Part shown: piece by piece, positions 19,818 through 29,978 of the stretch
Layout of the letters: every line of letters begins with the position of its first letter
Position numbering within the stretch: position 1 is the first letter of the stretch
From: an uncultured virus (IMG/VR IMGVR_UViG_3300013110_000406)
Lineage: Duplodnaviria; Heunggongvirae; Uroviricota; Caudoviricetes
Virus record (IMG/VR): IMGVR_UViG_3300013110_000406
Strand: one strand, 5' to 3'
Length of the DNA: 64,000 bases
Made by a program: the position numbers and the translations under genes
The notes under the pieces: model-generated
Told to the model about the DNA's origin: nothing
Seen by the model: only the letters and a program-made list of their open reading frames with translations
The model's database searches: none

Positions 19818-20665
19818 TTTCAATTATCGGTATCGGGAACGTCGGTTCTGCTATTGTAGAAAAGTTTGAAGATATTAGCAATTATGAAGTATATGCTTTA
19901 AACAATAAAGTTAAAAGAAATACTAAAAATAAATTTAAGCTAAAACATTTTGAAGACCCAGATCAATATGAGCAGAATGTACCCGATCTCACAGAGTTTT
20001 TTAAAAATGTTCGCGAACGAACACAAGTATTTATTACGGGAGCCTCTCTTAGCTCTAATTATGGACTAGGCATCTTAGAACAAATTAGGCACACTCGAAT
20101 AGACCTCTTTTATATTCAGCCCGATACGGAGTTGTTGACCGGCGCCCCCAAAACAAATGAGAAGATTACTTTTGCAGTACTGCAAGAATATGCGCGCTCT
20201 GGGTTATTTAATTCGATCACGATTATTTCCAACGCCCTTCTAGAAAAGGTAATAGGAGAAATACCTATTAAGACCTATTATGATACCCTGAATAACACGA
20301 TTTTCTCGATGGTCCATTACTTAAATTTCTTTGAGTTTACAGAGCCCGAGATTGGTGTAGTATCGACCCCGGCCGCCACAAGTCGCATTCGCGCCATAGC
20401 TGCGCTGGATGTAGAAAAACTTGAAGAAAAATGGTTTTTTGAGCTTGACGCCCCGCGAGAAGTGTGTTATTATATATGTATAAACGACAAAAGATTAGCG
20501 AGTGAGGGAGGCCTTCACAAAAAGCTGGTTGATTTGCTCAAGGAAAAACCAAAGAATGCTTTCAAAAAGATTTCATATGCCATTTATGAAACCGAGCACG
20601 ATGATTTTGGGTTCTGCGTTGCCCACACAAACGTAGTACAAGAACAAAAAACACTTGACTCTTAA
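19814..20665 (+). CDS. Divergent tubulin/FtsZ (PhuZ-like) fold protein
   Basis: IIGIGNVGSAI (T1 loop), YIQPD, ITIISN, YDTLNNTI follow FtsZ/tubulin order; GGGTGSG signature replaced by GASLSSN. Confidence 0.6.
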   Translation: MISIIGIGNVGSAIVEKFEDISNYEVYALNNKVKRNTKNKFKLKHFEDPDQYEQNVPDLTEFFKNVRERTQVFITGASLSSNYGLGILEQIRHTRIDLFYIQPDTELLTGAPKTNEKITFAVLQEYARSGLFNSITIISNALLEKVIGEIPIKTYYDTLNNTIFSMVHYLNFFEFTEPEIGVVSTPAATSRIRAIAALDVEKLEEKWFFELDAPREVCYYICINDKRLASEGGLHKKLVDLLKEKPKNAFKKISYAIYETEHDDFGFCVAHTNVVQEQKTLDS

Positions 20666-20683
20666 AGTTGGGTGTGTTATACT
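20655..20683 (+). promoter_or_regulatory. Sigma70-type promoter
   Basis: TTGACT-N17-TATACT with extended TG, upstream of SSB. Confidence 0.75.
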
Positions 20684-20709
20684 TTATTCACAAAAGGAGA
20701 AATTGAATA

Positions 20710-21477
20710 ATGTCAATTGATATGGAGCTTATGCGCCGCAAGCTCGCAACTTTGCGCGGTGAAAACAAAGGTGATTCTACTTCTGTTTGGTTTAAACCAG
20801 ACGAGGGCGACACCGACATTCGGATCATTCCAACTAACGACGGAGATCCACTGAAGGAAATGTTCTTTCATTATAACGTAGGAGACCACAGGGGCGGAAT
20901 CTTGTGTCCTAAGCGTAATTTTAGTGAGGCATGTCCTATCTGCGAATTCGCTTCTTCGCTTTGGCGAGAAGGAAGCGAGAAAAACGACGAGGAGAGCAAA
21001 AAGCTTGCAAAGTCACTCTTTGTGCGCACCCGCTATTTCAGCCCCGTCGTTGTTCGTGGTCGAGAAGATGAAGGGATTAAGGTATACGGCTACGGTAAGA
21101 CCGCATACGAACTCCTTCTCGGCTACATCCTTGACCCCGAGTACGGTGATGTTACGGACGCGACCGAGGGTACTGATATTACTCTCACGTATACGAAGCC
21201 CACTAAGCCGGGAGCATACCCCCAGACGAGCCTGAAAATGCGTCGTAATACCTCAACTTTGCTTGAGGATACCGAGGCCATCCCCGCCCTCCTTGATGGC
21301 ATGCCCGACTTTGACTCTCTCTTTGAGCGTCTTAGCCCCGAGCAGGTAGACGCTATTCTCGATGAACAACTTGCCGGAGACGGATCCGCTGAGTCGCGTT
21401 CACGCGAGACTGCCAAGTACAGCACAACCGAAGCTACTGACGTCGACCGTGCATTTAATGAACTGGTAGCAGGCTAG
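20710..21477 (+). CDS. Single-stranded DNA-binding protein (gp32-like)
   Basis: WFKP, IRIIP, H-C-C-C zinc ligands (HY...CPK...CPIC), YGDVTD..EGTD, acidic tail DRAFNEL. Confidence 0.85.
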   Translation: MSIDMELMRRKLATLRGENKGDSTSVWFKPDEGDTDIRIIPTNDGDPLKEMFFHYNVGDHRGGILCPKRNFSEACPICEFASSLWREGSEKNDEESKKLAKSLFVRTRYFSPVVVRGREDEGIKVYGYGKTAYELLLGYILDPEYGDVTDATEGTDITLTYTKPTKPGAYPQTSLKMRRNTSTLLEDTEAIPALLDGMPDFDSLFERLSPEQVDAILDEQLAGDGSAESRSRETAKYSTTEATDVDRAFNELVAG

Positions 21478-21488
21478 GCTCGCCCCGC

Positions 21489-21519
21489 TGGCAGACCGGG
21501 GAATGTCTGCCACCTTTTT
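21489..21519 (+). terminator. Rho-independent terminator
   Basis: TGGCAGAC-CGGGGAAT-GTCTGCCA then T run. Confidence 0.7.
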
Positions 21520-21637
21520 AATTAGTATCCAGAGTGGTCAAGGATATAAATAAAAAGACCACATTTAACCCAAAAGTGCAATTGTTATGGCTATCGCACT
21601 TTCCATTAACAGGCCATTGGCCAAAGGAATATATAAA

Positions 21638-22741
21638 ATGGACACAAACACAGCGAATACCGGCGCCAATACCGGTATCCTCGATGTCAACAATCTTAAT
21701 GGTGTTGATAATCACCCTAATAACCCGCTCGTTCGCGTGGGCTTTAACGACCAAGGAACTATCAATCTAGATGACCTAGAGAGAATCATTAAACTTCAGT
21801 TCAATGATGCGAAGTTCTCACACTTCGACTGGTTAGATTTAGATGAGATCGATCTCAATTCCTCTAACTGGAAGAACATTGGAATCCGGGATGACTTCGA
21901 CGAGACTACTCGTATTGAGAGTTTCCGAGTTTCTTTCCGCCGACATGGATATGACATGTCGGAATTCCCACCATGTATCGATACTGATGGTGATGTAATG
22001 GAAGGACGTACCCGCATTAAAGGAGCTATCCTGAACGGGTATCGCTACATGCCAGTTGCAGTCTACACTCGTAGTGTCAAGACAGAACGCAACACCGTCA
22101 CTAACGGACTGCTTGCCAATCAGAAGAAGCCAGTCTTTATGGCCAGCTTCAACGATTATGTTGGAGCGGGAGTCAACTTGATTGCCAAGGGACAGCTTAA
22201 AGCTACGTCTACGGCTGTTGATGACTGGCTCAATCATGAAGTCAAGATTGGCCAAGTTATTGATAACGGTATCAATGGAATGGTCACTAAGATTCGCAAT
22301 GCGATCTTGAACCGCGCCTCGACGCGCGCAGGACTTGTCTGGCGCGTAACTAAATCTGAGGCTGAGAAGTGGATCAAGACAAATCTTGGTTTGGCTAAGG
22401 CTGACTTTGTTCTGATCAACATGGCAGACAACGAGACATATGCGGAGCGCGCATGGCGACAAATCCGAGATGCCCTCAAAAACGGCCGCGAGCCGGTGAA
22501 CCTGATCTTCTACACCACAGACGACGACCCTAACGCTGCACGCGCTGGTCTGAAGAAGTCTATGGAATATGTAGAAAACTTGTACTGCGATTCGTGGGAA
22601 GTGGTTATGAGTCAGTTGCCCGAAGGCATCTCTTTGACAATTCCTCCGCACCGCCCCTTTGTTTTTAAGGGAGCGCTGCCGCAGCTTGTTCAGCGTCACA
22701 ACATCAACAGCAGCAACTTGGTTTCGGTCAATAACTACTGA
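21638..22741 (+). CDS. Hypothetical protein with ParB/Srx-like N-terminal domain
   Basis: PPCIDTDGDVMEGRTRIKG resembles the ParB/Srx GxxR motif; ATG 21638 has SD AAGGA. Confidence 0.5.
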   Translation: MDTNTANTGANTGILDVNNLNGVDNHPNNPLVRVGFNDQGTINLDDLERIIKLQFNDAKFSHFDWLDLDEIDLNSSNWKNIGIRDDFDETTRIESFRVSFRRHGYDMSEFPPCIDTDGDVMEGRTRIKGAILNGYRYMPVAVYTRSVKTERNTVTNGLLANQKKPVFMASFNDYVGAGVNLIAKGQLKATSTAVDDWLNHEVKIGQVIDNGINGMVTKIRNAILNRASTRAGLVWRVTKSEAEKWIKTNLGLAKADFVLINMADNETYAERAWRQIRDALKNGREPVNLIFYTTDDDPNAARAGLKKSMEYVENLYCDSWEVVMSQLPEGISLTIPPHRPFVFKGALPQLVQRHNINSSNLVSVNNY

Positions 22742-23853
22742 TGAAGACGCCATTACGATACCCCGGCGGCAAATCCCGCGCCGTAAATGTAATCTTACCT
22801 CTCATCCCAGAAGACTGTGGGGAGCTTTGCTCCCCCTTTCTTGGGGGAGGATCGATTGAGATTGCAGCGGCCGAACGCGGGATGACTGTTCACGGGTATG
22901 ATTTGTTTGCTCCCTTGGTATGGTTTTGGGAAGAGATATTAACTCGACCGGACAAGGTATCGAAACGCGCCCGCACTTATAGTGAAAATGTTGCGAATTA
23001 CACGCCGCTTGAATACTGGGTAGACCGATGGAATCATTTCGCTGTTACTGCACCACTGTGTAAGAAAAACTGTCGCGTGCACAATAAAGAGAGCACGGTG
23101 TGGTGTAACGATCATGATAAATTGGAGAAATTGATTCGAGGCAATTTAATCGGCATTTCGGAAGACACCTTCAGAAAGTGTCAAGCGCATTTAAAATCTA
23201 TAATGAATACGAAGGGAAAGTCCACTATCGATAAGGCAGCACAACTTTTCGTAGTCAACAAGGCCGGCCGGTCGGGAGCCACTTTAAGTGGCGGCTATTC
23301 CTGGCGCGCCTCTTGGGATCGCTATAACGAATTACAACTACAAAGACTCTCAGAGTTTAAATTAGCAAACTTTAATGTGGGGCGCGCGGATTTTGACATT
23401 TCGATACGCAATCACCCTGCGGCCTTTTTATATCTCGATCCCCCTTATTATCTGGAGGAAAAAAAGAATAAACTTTACGGGACAAACGGAAGTCTTCATG
23501 AGGGGTTTGATCATATACGACTGTATCAGGCTTTAAAATCAGTTGACAACCCCTTCATTATGTCGTATAATCAAAGTAGCTTCATTAGAGCACTTTATGA
23601 AGAAATTGGTGCGACGTGCATCAACTTAGAAGATGCTTGGGCATATGGAATGAACACTTCCAAAAAGTCTGATGAAATGATTGTAACAAACTTACCGGAT
23701 GCGCAAATCAGAGCGCAGATAGAAGAAACACTTAACAAAGAAAAAGGAGAGCAAAATGCCGAGAAAGGCAAAACAAACGAAAGCAGGTCGTGTATCCATG
23801 CAGGAACTCATGACCCTAGTAAACAAGAAAGCGGGCCGCAATGTCGCCCATGA
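22741..23853 (+). CDS. DNA adenine methyltransferase (D12/Dam class)
   Basis: TPLRYPGGKS, SPFLGGGS, YLDPPY, MSYN. Confidence 0.9.
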   Translation: MKTPLRYPGGKSRAVNVILPLIPEDCGELCSPFLGGGSIEIAAAERGMTVHGYDLFAPLVWFWEEILTRPDKVSKRARTYSENVANYTPLEYWVDRWNHFAVTAPLCKKNCRVHNKESTVWCNDHDKLEKLIRGNLIGISEDTFRKCQAHLKSIMNTKGKSTIDKAAQLFVVNKAGRSGATLSGGYSWRASWDRYNELQLQRLSEFKLANFNVGRADFDISIRNHPAAFLYLDPPYYLEEKKNKLYGTNGSLHEGFDHIRLYQALKSVDNPFIMSYNQSSFIRALYEEIGATCINLEDAWAYGMNTSKKSDEMIVTNLPDAQIRAQIEETLNKEKGEQNAEKGKTNESRSCIHAGTHDPSKQESGPQCRP

Positions 23854-24904
23854 TCTAACGGGGGAGAACCCTACCGAAGTCAAGGAATGGATTCCCACAG
23901 GATCGCGCTGGCTTGACAGTATTATATGCAAAGGACACATTGGCGGCATCCCTGTAGGGAAGGTCACAGAAATTGCAGGACTTACCTCCACAGGTAAATC
24001 TTATATGGCTGCGCAGATTGCAGCCAACGCCCAGAAAATGGACAAGCTCGTCGTATATTTTGATTCCGAGTCAGCCATTGACCCTGCTTTTTTGGAGGCA
24101 GCAGGTTGCGACCTAGAGCGCTTAATGTACGTTCAGGCATCGTCTGTCGAGTTTGTTCTTGAGACAATTGAAGAACTTCTAGGAGCAACCGACGAGAAGC
24201 TGCTATTGATTTGGGATTCTCTCGCATTCACTCCCGCAGTGTCGGATGTCGAAGGCGACTTTAATCCTCAATCCTCCATGGCAATGAAGGCACGCATCCT
24301 GGCGAAGGGAATGTCAAAGCTGACACTTCCTATTGCCGACAAGCAAGCAACCTTCTTGGTTCTTAATCAGCTTAAGACCAACATTACTAGTGGGCCGATG
24401 GCACATATCACAGCCATGACTACTCCCTACATGACACCCGGCGGAAAGGCAATGCATTATTCTTATTCGCTGCGCATCTGGCTCACCGGACGCAAAGCTA
24501 AGAGCGCTTTCGTGATGGACGATAAAGGTTTCCGCATCGGCTCCGAAGTTAAAGTTCGACTAGAGAAGTCACGCTTTGGAACTCAAGGAAGAAACTGCGC
24601 TTTCCGCATTATGTGGGGCACCGATGAGGTTGGTATCCGTGATGAAGAAAGCTGGTTCGATGCTATTAAGACATCCGAATGTCTAACGTCTAAGGGGGCA
24701 TGGTACACGCTAACCACACCAGACGGCTATAGCAAAAAGTTCCAGCCTTCAAAGTGGGCCGAGATCATTAAAACAGATAATGAATTTAGAGAGCAGGTCA
24801 TCCGTCTAATGGATGAAGAAGTCATTCAACGATTTGATCGCCGCGAAGGAACCGCCGACGATTTTTACGAACCTTATGAAGAACAGGAGATTTCAAATGA
24901 ATAA
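23756..24904 (+). CDS. recA: RecA/UvsX recombinase
   Basis: IPTGS..LD, GGIPVGKVTEIAGLTSTGKS (Walker A), DSE, IWDSL, LNQL, TPGGKA. Confidence 0.93.
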   Translation: MPRKAKQTKAGRVSMQELMTLVNKKAGRNVAHDLTGENPTEVKEWIPTGSRWLDSIICKGHIGGIPVGKVTEIAGLTSTGKSYMAAQIAANAQKMDKLVVYFDSESAIDPAFLEAAGCDLERLMYVQASSVEFVLETIEELLGATDEKLLLIWDSLAFTPAVSDVEGDFNPQSSMAMKARILAKGMSKLTLPIADKQATFLVLNQLKTNITSGPMAHITAMTTPYMTPGGKAMHYSYSLRIWLTGRKAKSAFVMDDKGFRIGSEVKVRLEKSRFGTQGRNCAFRIMWGTDEVGIRDEESWFDAIKTSECLTSKGAWYTLTTPDGYSKKFQPSKWAEIIKTDNEFREQVIRLMDEEVIQRFDRREGTADDFYEPYEEQEISNE

Positions 24905-25220
24905 GATTATGATAGCAACCATGGCATGGTTGAGTAGCGCTTGCGTAGTGCATTCGCATCCCCATCCGCCACCCAAAGCGGCACCCCCGGCAGTCCACCG
25001 CCCAGCACCACCACCTCCTCGGGCCCACCAACCTCAACCGGTAAAGGTGAAGGCTTGGGTATGGGTCAAAGGACACCATAATGCACGCGGCGCGTGGGTT
25101 CATGGATATTGGGAGTTGCGCACTGTGCCGCGGCATATGATTAATCGCCACCCGCACACTTACGTGCGCCATGTCAAAGGCCGCGGCAGACCGGTGCCGC
25201 CTGCACGCAGATATCGTTAA
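24897..25220 (+). CDS. Small lipoprotein, Pro-rich linker and YXWGXW-like repeats
   Basis: MNKIMIATMAWLSSA-C lipobox-like signal; WVWVKGH...WVHGYW. Confidence 0.65.
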   Translation: MNKIMIATMAWLSSACVVHSHPHPPPKAAPPAVHRPAPPPPRAHQPQPVKVKAWVWVKGHHNARGAWVHGYWELRTVPRHMINRHPHTYVRHVKGRGRPVPPARRYR

Positions 25221-25229
25221 AAAAACTAC

Positions 25230-25258
25230 TTGACACCGAGAGCCTTCTATGTTATGTT
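25230..25258 (+). promoter_or_regulatory. Sigma70-type promoter
   Basis: TTGACA-N17-TATGTT with extended TG. Confidence 0.6.
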
Positions 25259-25283
25259 ATATATAACAGGAGGGCTTTCTTGT

Positions 25284-26264
25284 ATGAAGAGAGTATTGAT
25301 TATTGATGCGTTAAATGCTTATTTGCGCGCATATATTGTAGACCCCAGCATTTCCACTAATGGAGAACCCATTGGGGGGATCAAGGGTTTTATTAAGATC
25401 TTGCAACGACATGTGCGCGAGACGAAACCCGATCAGATCGTGATCGTATGGGATGGTCCCAACGGCTCGAAGAAGCGCAAGAGCACTGACAAAAACTATA
25501 AGGCCGGCCGCAAGCCTATTCGCTTAAATCGGGCTTTCCACAATCTTACGGATGATGAAGAATTGCACAACAAGATGTGGCAGCAAAGTCGTGTGATTGA
25601 ATACTTTAATCAAATGCCTATTGTACAGTTTATGATCCCTGAGATTGAAGCTGATGATGTGATTGCTTATCTTACACATATGCATTATTACAAGGGATGG
25701 CAGAAGATTATTATTTCTAATGATCGTGACTTTATGCAGCTATGCGATGATGAAACGGTGTTGCTGCGACCCACCAAGAACGAGCTACTTAACAAGTCAC
25801 GCATCATTGAACAGACCGGCATTCATCCGACTAACATGGCGTTGGCCCGAGCCATCGCTGGTGATGCCTCGGACAACCTCCCTGGTATCAAAGGCGCCGG
25901 ATTGGCGACAGTAGGCAAAAGATTAAACTTTTTGAGCGATAGTAAATCTTACACCATTGATGAGGTGGTAGAATATTGCGGCAAAAGCAAAGCCAAGCTT
26001 AAGTTCTTCACCAACATCGCAGAGAACCAAAGTTTGATCGAACACAACTACAAGATGATGCAACTGTATGCTCCGCAGATGTCAGTGCAGTCTAAACAAC
26101 ACGTTCAACACACTATTGAAAACTTTGAGTGCGAATTTAATAAAACTGAGATTATTGGTATGATGCGCGCCGATGGATTCGGCGAGTTAAATTGGGAAGT
26201 TCTTAAGGAAAACTTAAACAAGATCAATAAGGACTGTGTTGACGTCAACAAAGAAATATTTTAA
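25284..26264 (+). CDS. 5'-3' exonuclease/flap endonuclease (PolI N-terminal / T4 RNase H family)
   Basis: LIIDALN, VWDG, YKAGR, EADDVIA, SNDRDFMQL, GDASDNLPGIKGAG. Confidence 0.93.
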   Translation: MKRVLIIDALNAYLRAYIVDPSISTNGEPIGGIKGFIKILQRHVRETKPDQIVIVWDGPNGSKKRKSTDKNYKAGRKPIRLNRAFHNLTDDEELHNKMWQQSRVIEYFNQMPIVQFMIPEIEADDVIAYLTHMHYYKGWQKIIISNDRDFMQLCDDETVLLRPTKNELLNKSRIIEQTGIHPTNMALARAIAGDASDNLPGIKGAGLATVGKRLNFLSDSKSYTIDEVVEYCGKSKAKLKFFTNIAENQSLIEHNYKMMQLYAPQMSVQSKQHVQHTIENFECEFNKTEIIGMMRADGFGELNWEVLKENLNKINKDCVDVNKEIF

Positions 26265-26271
26265 AATTGAT

Positions 26272-26299
26272 TTGACTTTAGCGCTCAATCAGTTATACT
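26272..26299 (+). promoter_or_regulatory. Sigma70-type promoter
   Basis: TTGACT-N16-TATACT upstream of helicase. Confidence 0.6.
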
Positions 26300-26325
26300 T
26301 ATAATACACCATCGAGAGGGAATGA

Positions 26326-27702
26326 ATGCTCACTGAAAATGTGAATTTTGGAAGGTACGGAAAAGCCTTCCAAGAGGGACTAGTACAACTTATTTTTGAA
26401 GACAGGCCGTTTGCGGATCAGATTACTGAAGTCCTCGATACACAGTTTTTAGAACTTGAATATTTACGCACATTTGTCTCAAAAGTAATAGATTATCGCA
26501 CTAGATATAGCACCCACCCATCAGTAGAAGCTATGCTGACTATTCTGCGTACTGAGATGGATGGTGAAGACGAAGTACTCCAGAACCAAGTGCGGGAATA
26601 TTTTGCACGTATTCATACGCGCGAGATGTCAGATATTGAATATATCAAAGAGACTTCTCTTGATTTTTGCCGCAAGCAAAACCTTAAAGAAGCCATGATG
26701 AAATCGGTAGGGCTCTTGCAGAACTGTTCGTTTGATGAGATCTCTACCGTTATTAATGATGCCCTTAAGCTTGGTTCGGAAAACAACTTTGGTTATGATT
26801 ATCTCGCAGATTTTGAGGAGCGCTTTAAACTGAAGCACCGCGCTCCTGTTACCACTGGTTGGAAAGAGATTGATACCATTACTGGAGGTGGACTAGGCAA
26901 AAGCGAGCTAGGCGTCGTTATTGCGCCGACAGGTGCAGGAAAGTCTATGGCCCTTGTACACTTGGGCTCCCAAGCGATCAAAGAAGGAAAGACTGTTGTT
27001 CATTATACTTTAGAACTGCAGGATACTGTTATCGGCACTCGCTATGATAGCTGTATTACTGGTTATCCTCTTTCTGATATCCGTAATTTTAAAGACGATA
27101 TCTATGAAGAGATCAAGGAACTCGATGGGGCGTTGATTGTAAAGGAATATCCTACTAAATCAGCTACGACCAATACTATACGCTCTCACCTTGCACGACT
27201 TATTAAAAGAGATATCAAGCCCGGGCTTATCATTGTAGACTATGCGGATCTGCTTAAGCCCGTAACCGTGCGCAAAGAAAAGCGCAACGAACTCGAATCA
27301 ATTTATGAAGAGCTTCGCGCTCTCGCCACAGAATTCAAATGTCCGATTTGGACAGCTTCACAGACTAATCGTTCTGGACTTAACGCTGAAGTCATAACGA
27401 TGGAACAGATTTCCGAAGCCTTTAACAAGTGTTTCGTTGCTGATTTTATCTTTTCGATCTCGCGCACTATTGAAGATAAACAAAACAACCAAGGCAAAAT
27501 CTTTATTGCCAAAAACCGTAATGGACCGGATGGCATTATTTATCCTATTTTTATGGATACTTCCAATGTCAAGATTCAAATCCTCCCCAAAGCACAGATG
27601 CCGACAATGGCCACCGGAGTTGCAACAAGCCCGGTCGCGTTGGGAGTAAAACAACAACAACAATTGTTGCGAGAAAAATATACAAAATTAAAAAGGAAAT
27701 AA
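26326..27702 (+). CDS. Replicative DnaB/gp41-like helicase
   Basis: APTGAGKS, YTLE, IVDYADL, WTASQTNR, KNRNG. Confidence 0.92.
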   Translation: MLTENVNFGRYGKAFQEGLVQLIFEDRPFADQITEVLDTQFLELEYLRTFVSKVIDYRTRYSTHPSVEAMLTILRTEMDGEDEVLQNQVREYFARIHTREMSDIEYIKETSLDFCRKQNLKEAMMKSVGLLQNCSFDEISTVINDALKLGSENNFGYDYLADFEERFKLKHRAPVTTGWKEIDTITGGGLGKSELGVVIAPTGAGKSMALVHLGSQAIKEGKTVVHYTLELQDTVIGTRYDSCITGYPLSDIRNFKDDIYEEIKELDGALIVKEYPTKSATTNTIRSHLARLIKRDIKPGLIIVDYADLLKPVTVRKEKRNELESIYEELRALATEFKCPIWTASQTNRSGLNAEVITMEQISEAFNKCFVADFIFSISRTIEDKQNNQGKIFIAKNRNGPDGIIYPIFMDTSNVKIQILPKAQMPTMATGVATSPVALGVKQQQQLLREKYTKLKRK

Positions 27703-27706
27703 ACAA

Positions 27707-29671
27707 ATGAGAACCGCCGCTAACATCCGCAGATTTAGATTATCCGATGCATTCCTGGAGCCTTATAAAACTAAAGAGGTTCCATGGGGACCTATTGGTT
27801 ATGTGACTTATAAACGCACCTATTCTCGCCGGCTCAATGAATTTGATCCAGAGTCCACAGGCTCTGAGGAGTGGTGGCAGACATGCAAAAGAGTTATTGA
27901 AGGAATGTTTGACATGCAGAAGCAGCACGTATTCTTGCTGGGTCTCGAATGGAACGATGGCAAAGCCCAGCGTACCGCCAAGGACGCCTATGACCGCCTC
28001 TTCAGTCTGAAATGGACACCCCCGGGCCGCGGCTTGTGGATGATGGGTACCAAGTTTGTAGAAGAGAAGACTGCCGCAGGACTTTTTAACTGCGCTTTCC
28101 GTTCTACTAAAGACCTCTCGCACAAGGGTGGTTATCTCTTTGCGTGGATGATGGATGCATTGATGCTTGGAATTGGTGTAGGGTTCGACACCGAAGGAGC
28201 CGGTAGCTTGACGGTCCACGAACCGAGCTATACTAATGATAAGCTCGTTATTGACGATTCTCGTGAAGGATGGGTGGACTCGGTTCATCTATTGCTGGAT
28301 GGATTTTTCTTTGGCAGCAAAGTACCGAAGTTTGATTATTCGGCTATTCGCCCAGAAGGAGCACTCATCGCTGGTTTCGGTGGTACCTCTAGTGGTGCGG
28401 CGCCCCTTAAAGAATTACACCAAAGTTTGATTGAACACTATACCGAGCGGATTGGAGAGCCTATCACATCCGTTGATATTGTAGACACCGAAAACCTCAT
28501 CGGTCGATGTGTGGTATCGGGCAACGTGCGCCGTTCGGCTGCGCTAGCAATGGGGCGTCACGATGACAGATTATACTTGGAGATGAAAAACGATCAAGAA
28601 AAACTGTACCACCATCGATGGGGCTCAAACAACTCTTTTAATGCTGTAGTCGGCATGGACTATAGCTGGCACGCAGAACAAAGTCAGAAGAACGGAGAGC
28701 CTGGATATATTTGGCTCGATAATGCTCGTACTCGTGGAAGATTTAAAGACGGCGAGCGACTTGATGACATTAACGTTGCCGGCTTTAACCCATGCGTGGA
28801 ACAACAACTAGAAGATGCAGAGTTGTGTTGCTTGGTCGAGACATTCCCAGCGATGCATGATAATTTAGAAGACTACTTACGCACATTAAAGATTGCATAT
28901 TTATACGGAAAGACGATTACTCTTTCAAACACACACTGGCCTGAGACAAACGCCAAGATGCTGAAGAACCGCCGTATTGGCTTGTCCCAATCAGGGGTTG
29001 TGCAGGCTTTTAACAAACACGGCCGCCGGCAAATGTATGAATGGTGTGACCGTGGTTACGAATACGTCAGCGAACTAGATGAAGAATATTCCAACTGGCT
29101 GTGTATTCCTAAGTCAATTCGTACCACTTCTATTAAGCCCTCTGGAACAGTGTCTCTTCTTAATGGATCGACCCCGGGCATTCATTTTCCGGAGAGCGAA
29201 CATTATATTCGACGCATTCGCTTTTCTCACACCTCTCAAGTCTTAGACAGACTTAAAGCAGCCGGGTATCATATCGAAGAGGATGCTTACTCTCCCAACA
29301 CAATGGTTGTGGAGTTTCCCGTGCACGAACCTTATTTTACAAAGAGCAAAAAAGAGGTTACGATGTGGGAGCAGCTTGAAATCGCAGCCCAATACCAACA
29401 TTATTGGGCCGACAATTCAGTCTCCGTAACTGTGACCTTTAATGAAGAAGAGTCCCTGCAGCTTAAGGATGCTCTGGAAATGTATGAAACGCGCTTGAAA
29501 GCGGTTTCATTTTTGAAATATAGTGAAACCGGTTATAAGCAAGCCCCTTATGAATCGATTACTAAAGAAAAATACGAGAAAATGATTAAGAAAATTAAGC
29601 CTCTCCAACGCATGGATACCGAGGGAGGCGCAGGAACCAAGTTTTGTACAAATGACACATGTGAAATTTAA
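27707..29671 (+). CDS. nrdJ: Class II (B12-dependent, monomeric type) ribonucleotide reductase
   Basis: RTYSR, PPGRGLW, NCAF, GNVRRSA, NPCVE, IKPSGTVS, C-terminal CxxxxC. Confidence 0.92.
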   Translation: MRTAANIRRFRLSDAFLEPYKTKEVPWGPIGYVTYKRTYSRRLNEFDPESTGSEEWWQTCKRVIEGMFDMQKQHVFLLGLEWNDGKAQRTAKDAYDRLFSLKWTPPGRGLWMMGTKFVEEKTAAGLFNCAFRSTKDLSHKGGYLFAWMMDALMLGIGVGFDTEGAGSLTVHEPSYTNDKLVIDDSREGWVDSVHLLLDGFFFGSKVPKFDYSAIRPEGALIAGFGGTSSGAAPLKELHQSLIEHYTERIGEPITSVDIVDTENLIGRCVVSGNVRRSAALAMGRHDDRLYLEMKNDQEKLYHHRWGSNNSFNAVVGMDYSWHAEQSQKNGEPGYIWLDNARTRGRFKDGERLDDINVAGFNPCVEQQLEDAELCCLVETFPAMHDNLEDYLRTLKIAYLYGKTITLSNTHWPETNAKMLKNRRIGLSQSGVVQAFNKHGRRQMYEWCDRGYEYVSELDEEYSNWLCIPKSIRTTSIKPSGTVSLLNGSTPGIHFPESEHYIRRIRFSHTSQVLDRLKAAGYHIEEDAYSPNTMVVEFPVHEPYFTKSKKEVTMWEQLEIAAQYQHYWADNSVSVTVTFNEEESLQLKDALEMYETRLKAVSFLKYSETGYKQAPYESITKEKYEKMIKKIKPLQRMDTEGGAGTKFCTNDTCEI

Positions 29672-29683
29672 AGTGGAGGATAT

Positions 29684-29962
29684 GTGATAAAACCCGTTAA
29701 TAGATATATTCAGATTACACAGCCTGAATTAGAAACCCAAGCAGAATCTCAGATTTTGTTACCGGCAGACTTTAAGCCGGAAGAAGAACGCTACAAGGTA
29801 GTAACCATTGAATCTTGGGCGCCCGATGTTCGCTTCGCCGATCAACTAGAAATACAGTGTCGGGCTGTTGTGGACGCTTCAATGATAGAAGAAATAAAGG
29901 TGCAAAATGGACGAATTACTGTTGTTCAAGATAATTATGTTATAGCAATTTTAACTGAATGA
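29684..29962 (+). CDS. groES: GroES-like co-chaperonin
   Basis: IKPVNRYIQI...ILLP...VVQDNYVIAIL; 92 aa; GroEL in same window. Confidence 0.65.
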   Translation: MIKPVNRYIQITQPELETQAESQILLPADFKPEEERYKVVTIESWAPDVRFADQLEIQCRAVVDASMIEEIKVQNGRITVVQDNYVIAILTE

Positions 29963-29978
29963 CAGGAAACACACTTAT

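Noticed and set aside
21839..22753. 304-aa minus-strand ORF
   Set aside because: Lies fully antisense to the 21638 gene, has no recognisable motif, and is explained by codon bias of the sense gene
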